64,000 bases of DNA from Euprymna scolopes (Eukaryota), in assembly GCA_053919585.1 (NCBI GenBank), contig CM132795.1. The stretch is one strand, 5' to 3'. The notes beneath the pieces were generated by a model. It was not told the DNA's origin. It saw nothing but the letters and a program-made list of their open reading frames with translations, and did not search any database. Of the stretch, positions 27,018 through 39,589 are shown piece after piece. Within the stretch, counting starts at the first letter, position 1; every line of letters begins with the position of its first letter. A program made the position numbers and the translations under genes.

Positions 27018-30000
27018 ATATAGTTTTAATGTCTTTCATTCAATATTATTTTTTAAAAATTAGATCGACTTATATTTTAAATTAATTCACTATTTTCCCG
27101 ATACAAAACGTTAGTATGACAGATGATTTCAATCGATAATCATAAGTTATTAAGTTATACTTCATATCCGCTAATGTTGAATTGTAAATTAATTAGTTAC
27201 TTCCATTTACTTTATTGGTTTATATATTAATTCAGATTATTGTCAATATCAGCACCATCAGTTATACCTTGTATATCAAAAAGAATTTCCACATTATCCC
27301 AAAATGAGGATATTTTCATAACAAAAAAGTATATTGCAACGAAGCATTAGCCAGATCTGGATATAAACGCGAAATAAAATATATTAACAATTTAAATAAA
27401 ATAGTAGTAAAAATATTAATGGAAATAAAAATAATGTTATAGACAATATCAGTAAGTCCCAAATTAGCAACACTAATACCAATGAAAAGAAAAATAGACG
27501 TGGAAGTTGTGTTTGTTCAGTCCTCCTGACAGTGCAGCCATAAAAAATAATTTACCAAAATGAATTTTTCAAATTATCGATAAAATTTTCCTACTGAAAA
27601 TAGTGTAAGTAAAATTATAAACTGGAAGATTGTCAAATTACCTTTTTCAACGTAAAATGATTTAGTTAAAATGAATATATAAGGAGTATATGGTCTAAAA
27701 ATGCAAACATAAAGAAAGAAACAAATTGGGGATTATTAAATAATCAAAATATTGAAGTGAATTGACTTTGCAATTGAAGGGATATTTACGAATATACATT
27801 AGAAGGTAAATATCTCATTTCTAGTGTAGTATATAAATATAACAGATAATACCAGAATTAGAACATATATTGAGGCCACGGGTGTAGCTTTAACAAAGAT
27901 TTGATAATCATATAGCACCCTTCAAAATACGAGAGGTGTGCAATAAGTAATGCCTCTTACCCACTTCCAGTTGTCGGATCTAGCTGAAATTTTCCCTGTG
28001 CAATGACTACTATCTCTGAGGGTTATGTGGCAAATTACAGCTCTGAACTCATTGTGGTTTCTGTTTTATAGGTGTTTGAACTGAGTCAGGTGTGAAATGG
28101 AGCAAGTTGAATGTCGAGCAGTGATCCGGTTTTTGTATTTGAAGAGACGCACACCACAGGAGACTTTTGATTAAATAAAAGAAACTCATGCTGATAATGC
28201 CCCATCATATGACCTTGTAAAACGCTTGCATCGTGACTTCAAACATGGCCGGAAGTTTGTGGAAAAAGCTCCCAGACCTGATCGTCTCCCCCTTCTGCCA
28301 TTGATGAGGCATCTGTCCGTCAAGTTGAGGGTACCGTTTTGGAAGATCGGCGCATTACTATTCGCCAAATAGCACAAGATATCAAGATTAGTACGGGTTC
28401 TGTGGAAACTATCATTCAGGACCATTTGTATATGCGTAAGGTGTCTGCTAGATGGATTCCCAGTTTGCTCACACCATTCCAGAAGCGAGAACGCGTCGAT
28501 TGCCGGGGATGACTTATGAGATGTTCCAAGAAGATGAGTCAACGTTTTTCAAAAGACTGATTACACAGGAGTACACCTGGATCCATCACTATACTCCAGA
28601 GATCAAACCCAGTAAATGCAGTGGAAACAGTTGGACTCACCACCTCCAAAGAAGGCAAGGGTGTAGTCCTCCGCTGGTAAGGTCATGCTCATAGTCTTCT
28701 GGGACCAGGACAGAGTAGTGATGACAGATTTCCTAGCAAAGGGTACCACAATTACAGAAAATTAAGGGAAGCTATCAAAATCAAGAGGCGGGGCAAGATC
28801 AGCAAAGGTACCCTCCTCGAGCAGGATAACGCTCCGCTCTACAACTCGCATGTCGACAGTTCAAAAGCACGAGCGTGTGTTTATGAAATCCTCTCCTATC
28901 TTCCCTACTTTCCTGACCTTACATCCTCTGACTTTCACCTCTTCCCAGCCATGAAGTTGTTTTTGAAAGGAAAGCGTTTCCCAGATGATGAAGCCTTGAT
29001 TTCTGACGTCACGTCGTGGTTGGCGGACTAACATGGGATGTTCTAAAAATAACGGTCTCCAGAGCTGCATCAAACGATGGGAGAAATGCATAACTCTGGG
29101 TGGGTCCTATGTAGAGAAAGACTAATAACTGTGCCAAGTTTCGTTGATCTACTTCTATAGGAAGTGGGTCAATGGCATTACTTATTGGACACCCCTCGTA
29201 CTGCATGCCAACAATAAGAAGAACACAACATTAGGAAATTGGATTAGGGGATTAAGGAAAAACAAAATACGACTTGGAATGGTCGATATTGGGTAGTGCC
29301 AGTAAATAGTCACCAAACTAGTCAGGTCGCCGTGACCTATGCAATCTCGAATCGTAAAATATAATAATATCTAAAGAATACATTCTTAATAGGAGTGGAG
29401 CAAATATTTAATATTACATTAGTATAGAGAATAGAAATGGATCATGATATTATTTATTATATATTATTATTATTATTAGATATTATTCATAAATGGATCA
29501 TAATATTAATTGTAATGATTATAGATGGTAAAGTTGAGTTTGTTAAGTAAGGTAATTTATGTATTAGGAAAATAAATAAATAAATAAATAAATAAAAATT
29601 AAAAAATAAATTAAAAGAATAAATCCATAAATAAATAAATGGTAATAATTATAATATTAAAAATGTATTTATAGAAGTCGGACTCCAAATATCGATCTAA
29701 AAATAGAATATATATGATGCAACACGTTATTAAAAATTGATTGATAAGTGATTCCAAGTGTATAAGTCAAATGATTAATTGTTAGAATGAATGTAAAAAT
29801 CAATGTTATTGTGATAAAATATGTCTATTGTAAATGTACCAAGAAAAAAAACTATATATATATTTTTAATATATATACTCATTAAATTAACGTTTATAAC
29901 TTTATTTCTGAAATACTAGTTGCATTTAATTAAAAAATTAAATAAATAAATAAAAATAATGAATAAATAAATAAAATAGGATTTAATTAAAGTACATAAG

Positions 30001-30588
30001 AGAGGTGGTTTAAAGTATAAGGAAAATATGGGTTGGATATAGTCTATAATTTTTAGGTGTAAACAATATTTATAAATCTTATTAACTAGAATGAAAATTA
30101 GAATAAGTTTCAACTTTAACATACATTTATTTAAGTATAATGAAAATAACATGTTTTCAGATGGGGAAACTCTGAAACATACTTATTAGAGAATTAGGAT
30201 ATATACAATGATAAGAAAAATTAATCTTAAATAAGGAAAAAGTTCGTAAAATGTTTATTAAAAATAGATTGTCGTATGTAAAATTGAGTTCAGTTTGTGA
30301 AATGTAAAAACTAAAAAACATTACTTTCAATATAAATAATTGATGGTGCTGATATTGATAAGAATATGAATAAATGTATAAATAAATAAATAACCATTAA
30401 ATGTAAATAACTAATTAATTTACAATTCAACATTAGTGGATATGAAGTATAACTTAATAACTTATGATCATCGATTGAAATAATGTGTAATACTTACGTT
30501 GTGTATTGTAAAATTAGTTAATTAATTTAAAATATAAGTCGATTTAATTTTATGAAAATAATATTGAATAAAAGACATTAAAACTATA
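27018..30588. repeat. ~250-bp inverted repeat pair (27018-27265 / 30337-30588) enclosing ~3 kb that includes the mariner
   Basis: For example CATAAGTTATTAAGTTATACTTCATATCC versus GGATATGAAGTATAACTTAATAACTTATG. Confidence 0.85.
27930..29198 (+). mobile_element. Complete mariner transposon (irritans-like), transposase inactivated
   Basis: TA-flanked TIRs CGAGAGGTGTGCAATAAGTAATGCC / GGCATTACTTATTGGACACCCCTCG; length 1269 bp. Transposase runs from ATG 28097 (MEQVECRAVIRFL) to TAA 29125 with WIPSLLT (WVP motif) and YFPDLTSSDFHLF (YSPDLAPSD motif); several stops and frameshifts. Confidence 0.95.
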
Positions 30589-33500
30589 CAGGGTTCACAT
30601 CATAAAACAAGCTAAATTGAATGAGATCAACGCAAACATTAAAAGATATGTCAACATACTAAGTGAAATGATTAGAAACGCTTTCGATTCAATCACAGCT
30701 GTTCATTGAACACAATGGCCAATAATTTGGACACTTTTCATAATTAGCTGGTTACTTTATTTGTTTACAACTTTTTAAGTATAAAAGTTATCTTTCTTAT
30801 AATACATCTTGGTTTTATAGTCATTTAAAAAGTGTATACATGTTTTAAAAATCTAGCAAAAATTATAAAATAGTCATATCTTCCTGAAATTTCGATATTT
30901 ATCCATTATTAAATAAACTTACATACTAAAAGTAGATGTTGTTAAATATAGTCGGGGAAATATATTTTTAGGTGTTCTAGTCCCCCATATTTCATGGTCC
31001 GAAAACTAAACAAAATCAATGTTGGTCGATAGAAATTTCGACACTTTTTAAAGCCGAAAAGANNNNNNNNNNNNNNNNNNNNNNNNNNNNNNNNNNNNNN
31101 NNNNNNNNNNNNNNNNNNNNNNNNNNNNNNNNNNNNNNNNNNNNNNNNNNNNNNNNNNNNNNNNNNNNNNNNNNNNNNNNNNNNNNNNNNNNNNNNNNNN
31201 NNGTACCTTTAAGTTGTAAATAAAATTGGAGATTAAATCAATATAATCGTGTTTAGAAAACAATCACTTCTTCGTCATAATTCTTTTTTGAAAATATAAT
31301 TACTTGAATTACAATAACAACAACAAACAGAAGTTTAAAAGATAATTATTTTTAAAAAGCTTTGAATGATATTAAATTCAAATATTACGCGATATGAAGT
31401 TTAAATACTTTTTTAATAGAAGGTTTCCAATTATAAAAATATATACTCATATAAAAGAATATAAAGCTATTGACGCAATAAAATTGTAAATACAAAATCG
31501 GCCTAAAAAATTCGTTTTGATTTTATCATTTAAATTGATAGTGGTTGGTACTGATGTTTTCCGCTTTGTTTCAAAAATATATGGTGGTCTATAAGCGACA
31601 TTATTTTAAGATAAATAAGTGTCAAGGAGACGTGAAAATAAATTTTATTTTCTAAGCCTTGTCTGTGTAGTTAATAACAATCTATTAGTTTTACAAAAGA
31701 TAAGTCTAATATTTTTTTTATTCATATTGAGAAAAACGTTTTTTTCCATTTACAATTATAACAGGAATGCACATCCATCAAAATTGACACCAACACACGA
31801 AATGACGACGTCACTATTATTGTGTAAAATGTTGACGTTTTACTCATCGCCCTTGACGTACCTATACATCCTTAATAAAACCCCAGAATATAAACACTAT
31901 AAATTGTGTTTTGATTACATATAACTGTGCAATAGTAAAATATAGCTATTTGTATTAACATAGATGCAAAGAAACCGTAACGATGTTTAATACATATGCC
32001 AGTAAATGACTAAGAAGACTATTACGATGTGAAAGTTTTAGTTGCTTCAAATATACCTGCGTTGTATAGTCGATGGGGTCGGCCCCAAAACAGTCATATT
32101 TTTTATAGTGGGAGATATATATGTATAAAACAGTCATATTTCATTGTGGACTTATTTCAAAACAGTTATATATATATATATATATATATAGTTTTGTGGG
32201 AGATATTTTTCTTATAACACCTGTTACAAACGTATAAATTGTACGTATGTGTTAGTTAGCAAGGGGGGCATGATGTCACCGTATAAACTGAGTTATATTG
32301 TATCAGAGAGTTATTAAACGGGTATATATTACAATTCATATTCAAATAATGTATAATTTTTCTATAAGAAAAAGAATATATGCTTCATACCTTTATTACT
32401 CCAAGAGTTCTTCAATCTTCACTGCTCAGCTCCGTAATGCAACATGAAATGACCAATCATAACCAATTGAGACCTCTATCCTCGCTTTCTCGTGTGAAAC
32501 CACAGAACAACACTTTATATTTTTAAAATGTATATTTATTTTAGTTGCGTCAAATTGTCTTCACGAGGGTCTGCATTTTTTCTCTACATGCTTGTTCTTT
32601 ACAGCCTCACTTCCTGGCTTTTGGTACGTCTGTTCACTTGCATGACTAAATTTTACTCTCGCCTGACTAAACTTCTCGACTTCCTGACCTCAGTTCCGTT
32701 ACGTCATCATTCAAGAAACACACGTCTCACTAACGTGTGACCTTTCCACGTCTGCTTACTGAAGGTCATTTTGTTTATTTTACGCAGCTAATTTATGTAA
32801 ACATCTTCAGCTCTAATCCTTGCTACACTTCATTCTATAAACAATAAATAACTCCAAATATAAACTATTTACACCATATCATTGAACAGAGGGATGAAAA
32901 GATAGATCGATAGATAAATCGATATTAACAATATTAATTAACAATACTTTGACGATATAATCATGTTAAAGTAATCAATTTTTTAATAGGACATTTATAG
33001 TTTTAAAAATTGCACTGACTCCAGGTCTGTGAGTTTTACAGTAAGCGAAGCGCAAGAATACTAAAAATGTAAACAAATCTAGTGAGGCCACTCTGCAAAC
33101 GTGCATTTTAATAAAGTGACATGTATGCTGGAAAGTCTTATTAAATTATAGCATGAAAAATTAGACTAATAGATATAAGTGCAGGAACTTGAAATCAAAT
33201 GATCAAAAATAACTGTGAATCTTAAAGCTTAGCTTCAGTGCAATGCCTTAGAATGTAATATTTTCGGAAAACTATAAACATTAACCGAAGGCATAAGGTA
33301 TTAGTTTATAATATAGGAATAATGATGCATATATTGTAAATTTATTAATTCAATAATAATCGAAAAAATTAACCAATAGAAAATAACACACTTAATTATA
33401 ATAACATTTGCTACGTAATAAATAACGTACACCCTTATAGCCGGATCAAGAAAAAAGTACATTCCATAAACGAGAACAATTATTTGTGTTATTACTGCAT

Positions 33501-33881
33501 TGTAGAGCAACTGTGTTTATTCAAAATATGCAGATAATGTTTAATTGCAATACTATACTGTTGATGAGAAATGAATACCTTAATTAAATTTGCTCAACAT
33601 TTTATTTAATTGGTTAATAACGGTATGGCATTGGTAAGGTCTTTTACTTTGAATCCTATATGATGGCACGTAAACATATACATATTTTTAAATCACGATT
33701 CTGTAATAATATATACGAAATTCATTTAAATCAAAATATATTAAAGCGTTTTTTTTCTACCCCTGAGCAAGTCGTCACCTTCATCGCTAGTAGTTAATCT
33801 ATGATTAATTATATAGTAATACATGCAGAAATCAAAATATAATGTTAAGCGTACTGTACGAACAGACAAAGCCTCTAATTA

Positions 33882-33947
<66 letters not shown>

Positions 33948-34072
33948 TACTTAATTTAGCTGAAATAATGCGAAGCTCGCGATTTGTTTACAAACAAACG
34001 TTTGAGCCCTCTACGAGTAGCGGACGGATGTTTATTTAAATAATCGTTCGGACAGGTTAATTTCGGCCACCG

Positions 34073-34143
34073 ATTCCGTAGTCAAGGGGTAGGACTGCCG
34101 ACTGTCATCACGACAGTTCTAGGTTCGATCCTCGGCTTGGGAG
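34073..34143 (+). promoter_or_regulatory. tRNA-like (Asp-GTC-like) internal Pol III promoter head; second copy at about 34394-34464
   Basis: A-box-like GTAGTCAAGGGGT, anticodon-loop-like CTGTCA, B-box GGTTCGATCC, ends GGGAG. Acceptor stem is poor, so it is not a functional tRNA. Confidence 0.75.
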
Positions 34144-34148
34144 AGGTG

Positions 34149-34209
34149 TTAGTCTAGCGGCACTGATGAGTTGTGAAACAACGAAACAGGTCTGTATGTC
34201 GATGACTAA
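34149..34209 (+). ncRNA. Type I hammerhead ribozyme, intact (copy 1)
   Basis: TTAGTC-TAG-CGGCA | CTGATGA (34163-34169) | GTTG-TGAAA-CAAC stem II | GAAA-CAG-GT-CTG-TA (stem III, GUA cleavage triplet, cut after 34196) | TGTCG-AT-GACTAA closes stem I. Confidence 0.92.
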
Positions 34210-34469
34210 AATATATTTTATAAAGCTCCCCTCTTTGGTAGAGCACTCTCGTAAATTATCTTACTCGCTACTTAATTTAGCTGAAATAATGCGAAGCTCG
34301 CGATTTGTTTACAAACAAACGTTTGAGCCCTCTACGAGTAGCGGACGGATTTTTATTTAAATAATCGTTCGGACAGGTTAATTTCGGCCACCGATTCCGT
34401 AGTCAAGGGGTAGGACTGCCGACTGTCATCACGACGGTTCTAGGTTCGATCCTCGGCTTGGGAGAGGTG

Positions 34470-34530
34470 TTAGTCTAGCGGCACTGATGAGTTGTGAAAC
34501 AACGAAACAGGTCTGTATGTCGATGACTAA
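34470..34530 (+). ncRNA. Type I hammerhead ribozyme, intact (copy 2)
   Basis: Identical to 34149-34209; CTGATGA at 34484-34490, predicted cut after 34517. Confidence 0.92.
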
Positions 34531-34532
34531 AA

Positions 34533-34594
<62 letters not shown>

Positions 34595-34702
34595 GAACAG
34601 TTAAAACAAAATTGTATTTAAGACGATATATTTATATGTATGTATATATCGTTATATATATATATCTTTATACAAACACACACATACGCATATATATATA
34701 TT

Positions 34703-34734
<32 letters not shown>

Positions 34735-34959
34735 CAAACAGAACAAANNNNNNNNNNNNNNNNNNNNNNNNNNNNNNNNNNNNNNNNNNNNNNNNNNNNN
34801 NNNNNNNNNNNNNNNNNNNNNNNNNNNNNNNNNNNNNNNNNNNNNNNNNNNNNNNNNNNNNNNNNNNNNNNNNNNNNNNNNNNNNNNNNNNNNNNNNNNN
34901 NNNNNNNNNNNNNNNNNNNNNNNNNNNNNNNNNNNNNNTGGTCACGAATAGGCGCCTAT

Positions 34960-35620
34960 AAGGTTGACTATTATAGAAAACTGATCACATGTAATGATAG
35001 AAGATGTATCGAGACACAGGAATGGAATATTTGATCTGGTAGAACGGTGGTTTATTGAAATTGTGGGGTCTTCGATCGCGCCTGGTCCACAAAGTATGGA
35101 AATGAAACATTTAAAAAAAACATTTACAAGGGTTTTTGATATAGATGCACATAATACTACTTCGATAAGTATGTTTTAACTTAAATAGGGATGGCATAAT
35201 ACAATTGTGGGGTGTGCGTACGCGCCTGACCTCCTTAGAGTGGAAAAAGGCGCACGTTTTAATACAGACTTTTCATATCTTTCTGCGTAAGTGTACTTTG
35301 ATGATTATGTTTCAGTTTGAAGAAATATGGTTTAATAAAATAATGGGGTGTTCGTTCGAACCTGACCTCCATAGAATGGAAATATGTCAAGGTTTTTTAA
35401 TATAGATCCACAGAATATTGTGATAAGTGTTTTAGTGTGAATAGGTATGGTCTAATAAATTATGGGGTTTATCTATTTTATTTTTACTTTCATCATATTT
35501 TGCTTTGGTTTTAATACCCCCAAATTCGAAGTTATCTCTTTACAACCCTTCCTTTTCATAACCTATCGTACTTTCATAAATCAGAGTCCATTTTCAGTAG
35601 GCCGTTTTTGAACCAAGGCA
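34960..35620 (+). repeat. ~650-bp interspersed repeat with internal ~130-bp subrepeats; second copy at 45633-46315, partial inverted copy at 10410-10500
   Basis: Colinear similarity from GGTTGACTATT through TAAATCAGAGTCCATTTTC...TTTTTGAACC. Confidence 0.8.
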
Positions 35621-37905
35621 NNNNNNNNNNNNNNNNNNNNNNNNNNNNNNNNNNNNNNNNNNNNNNNNNNNNNNNNNNNNNNNNNNNNNNNNNNNNNNNN
35701 NNNNNNNNNNNNNNNNNNNNNNNNNNNNNNNNNNNNNNNNNNNNNNNNNNNNNNNNNNNNNNNNNNNNNNNNNNNNNNNNNNNNNNNNNNNNNNNNNNNN
35801 NNNNNNNNNNNNNNNNNNNNNNNNNNNNNNNNNNNNNNNNNNNNNNNNNNNNNNNNNNNNNNNNNNNNTCTGTAAGACGAAAAGGGAAGCAAAGTACATC
35901 GGGAATAGCCCATTTAGAATCATCCAGGCGGAAAGCTGCCATTTAAAGGAAAAAACGTTTCGTTGAGGCGAACATAAATCTTTAAACGGTATTTTGTTTT
36001 TAACTTTTTACACCTTCCGCCATTTTGAAACCCCACTGAGATGACAATGCCCATCGGGAAAATTTCTAGTTTTTATTACATCGTTCCCGCTTAGAATAAA
36101 GAGGGCAACAGGTGTGACCATTATTTGAAACTTCTTTCTTTTTTTCCCCCATTTGTGTTTTACTGTTCCTGACAAGAAAATTATTAGTTAGATCGGCTGT
36201 ATATTTCATAGAAATAAACTCTAGATCTTTTTATGCTGTCTTGTCGGTTAAGAGATGATAATCGCTAATGCGCATGTCACCAGTGCAAAGAACTCCCTTT
36301 TGCTCCCAACATCCTTTCTCCCCCTCCCCGGACTCTATTGTTCTCTCTCTTGTTTTTTTTCTGGCGATCAACCTCTATCTCCCTCACCCTCCTTTTCTTT
36401 TTAATTCATCTAGTAATCCGCACGCAGATATACCCAAACGCTTTCATCCGAAAATTTAACCACAACACATGTCTCAAAACGGGCACGTCAAAACCCAGAT
36501 ATCTGTCGGAGTTCAGGAATAACTTATGCTTGACTGCAAATAATAAACCTGATCTAATCGGAAAATCTATAAATGAAATAAAGAACATCATAGTTATATA
36601 ACATGGTTAACCGCAGAAACATTAAAGAACGCTAAATATACAACAATAATTGTTATCAAAAGCAATGCACTTTTTCTACTAACGCATATATTTAAAAACA
36701 TTAAAGTTTTTTTTTTTTTAAATCGATTTTCATATAAAACGTTCTCCTTCATTACAAACATATTCTCGAGTGGTATCCTGGCCAGGATAATTGGTGATTA
36801 ATCGGAATATCACATTTAAGCGTATTTTACGACCGGGCAATGTCGGACGGCCTGATATATGTGTATATATCTACATAATAATATATTTGTGAACATTGCT
36901 TGCTTGCAGCTTCTCTTTGACGATCTTAAAAAAGTGATGACAACAAAATGTNNNNNNNNNNNNNNNNNNNNNNNNNNNNNNNNNNNNNNNNNNNNNNNNN
37001 NNNNNNNNNNNNNNNNNNNNNNNNNNNNNNNNNNNNNNNNNNNNNNNNNNNNNNNNNNNNNNNNNNNNNNNNNNNNNNNNNNNNNNNNNNNNNNNNNNNN
37101 NNNNNNNNNNNNNNNNNNNNNNNNNNNNNNNNNNNNNNNNNNNNNNNNNNNNNNTAAAAAATGAACCTATAGGAACTACGTTAGGTATACCTATTTTTAA
37201 TGCAATTGTTCGACATTCACATGGCTAATTTCATGTTTTTTTTTCTCATTTTCACACTAATATAAATTGTTTGATTATGATTTATCATATAATAAATAAA
37301 TAAATAAATCGATCAAGTAGTTTTATTTTTATGAAGATCATTTTTAAGCAAATTCAACTTTTTCCAATGTCTCTCCCTTCCCATGTCTTTCTAAAATAAA
37401 TAAAAGTTTAAACTATTGGAAGTTATCTCCCTTGTCCTACAAAATGGCATTAAAAGAGCGATCATCATTTAGCCATAAATATAAACTGAAATAGAAAGTT
37501 AAGCATGTGCTTGAATGCACTATATATGTCGTTTCATGTCTGTAGACAAAAAACAGAGTCGGGAATTTTGTAGGATATGTTTTAAAACAAATAGGTAAAT
37601 AAATATATATATAGCAAAAGGTTTGTGTTTATTATTACGTTTTCCGCAAATAGTACGCAACTATAAATCATGTAGAATGCCTGCACGAATATAATTACAC
37701 GTATTAGTTAACTAAATATGATCATCCCATGAGAAAAATGACAAGGAAACTAATAGGGAATCAATTCAAATGAATGTTTAAAGACCAGTACATTAGCTTG
37801 ATTCTGACAGATGAATGCAATTTCGCGACCGGTATATAACAAAGCTTTTTTTTTATTGAATGGAAAATAGACTTCCTAATATGAATACAAAAAAAAATTA
37901 TGGGA

Positions 37906-37974
<69 letters not shown>

Positions 37975-38259
37975 GAGAGAGAGGGTGAGTGAGATCAATG
38001 CAATATCAATATAAATATAAAAAATTGCATTTACCAGTTTAAATAAACAAGCATGAAACGATGAAATAGATATGGACACTCTTTGGACAATGCCATTTCA
38101 AAGCCTAATTCCTCTAGTCAAAAACGGAGAAAAAAGCTAGGGTGCAGATATATGTAGACATTTTCGATGCGTAACACAGCTTGCATCAGATTAGAAATGA
38201 AAAAATAGAAAATGAAAATAAATAAAAAATAAAATCTACGTTAAATAATAGAGGTTATT

Positions 38260-39000
38260 TATAGGGTTGCCCAATGAATCGGGACGATGTTGTAAATTTA
38301 TTAGTTATTGAAAATTACATTTTAATAATTTATTATACATAAATTGACTCTACATCTAATTTTTATTTTTTAAATGAAGAAGCCATACTAGTTTTTTAAT
38401 TACTACTTGCAAATGGGCACCATTAGTTGCATGGCATGCTTGGACTCGGATGCAAAATTTCTCAATAACATCTTGCATCATATTTACCGGTGTTGTCTCA
38501 ATCTCGTTTGCAATTCGGGCTTTGACATTCTTTCTACGTGGGTCGAATTCGGAACTGTTCTAGGTGGGTCACTTTCGAACACTTTCTTTTAAAGATAATT
38601 ACATAAAAATAGTCACAAACACTCACATCGGATGAACATGGGAGGTCAAGAGATATATATTTCCATTGCGAGAAATGACACAACCAGGAAAGTAAGCATT
38701 AAGGGTGTCGATGGAAATTTTTGCCCTGTGACTCGTATCTCCATTTTTTTTTTAAATGTTTGCTCACTCGCTACAAAACTGGCAAGTTGAGGAGTGAAAA
38801 GTCATTTATCATTTAAACCCAGCGCTGCATTAACAGCCTCAGTTATAAAAAAATGAGCCGATAATGCCTCTTGCAGACGTAGCGCATCGTAGCGTTTCTT
38901 TCTGCGCATGTAGAGCATTCTCATGAATTAAACAAGGGTTGTCACCCGCACAATACTTGATACTCACCCGTTAATTGTTACAGGATAACTGACGTCTGGC
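38260..39000 (-). mobile_element. Degenerate Tc1/mariner-superfamily transposase 3' part with terminus
   Basis: Minus strand SSDVSVCDYF..YLKxKVFESDPPRT (SPDL-like motif) and ACHATNGAHL; TA-AGGGTTGCCC terminus near 38260. Confidence 0.6.
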
Positions 39001-39589
39001 GGTAAAAATAAGTAAAGAAGGTAAAGAAAATTTGATGATAGTATTGGAGACTTCATTTAGAGCCATCATTACTTTGTAAAAGCACTGCAACTCTCGGTCG
39101 GTGCAATTGGCTGCGACTTGCAGGACAAATTGTAGACCTCATGCATTTATACCAAATGTTTGCCCCTAAGTAACCAACTTACACAGAGAAAGCATCTCCC
39201 CAAATAATTTAAACATCTCTCACTATACAAATCTCAAAATATCTACGTCCAGGCACAGTATATACAGTGTGAAGTGTCCCTGCCTTGTGCCCTATTTAAT
39301 CATTGACTCGTGTGGGCAATCATATCATATCATGTGTGTAAATGTTATAATGCCATATATATACATATATATATATACATATATATATAGCTCTACCTAC
39401 GTATTGAGCACTTTTGAAGTAAATACTTAAGGTTTACGCATAAATTTATACTTTTGTATATTAATTTTATGCGAGTAAATGAAGTATATATATATATATA
39501 TATATATATTACATTTTAATACATTATATACATTTTAATACACACAAAATGATTTTAATAAACACATACACAATTATTTCCACAACAAG

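Larger units (their letters stand above)
33947..34543 (+). mobile_element. tRNA-headed hammerhead element (retrozyme/SINE-like), about 1.86 tandem copies of a 321-bp unit inserted in (TA)n
   Basis: CTACTTAATTTAGCTG starts at 33947 and again at 34268 (period 321). Only 2 substitutions seen between the copies. Each unit has a tRNA-like segment followed by a hammerhead core. (TA)n flanks both sides. Confidence 0.9.

Noticed and set aside
32270-32876. Possible LTR (purine tract, TG...CA, AATAAA)
   Set aside because: No TSD, weak terminal inverted repeat and no adjacent pol sequence.
34073-34143. Functional tRNA-Asp gene
   Set aside because: The acceptor and anticodon stems do not pair properly, and it is embedded in a repeat unit, so it is treated as a tRNA-derived head.
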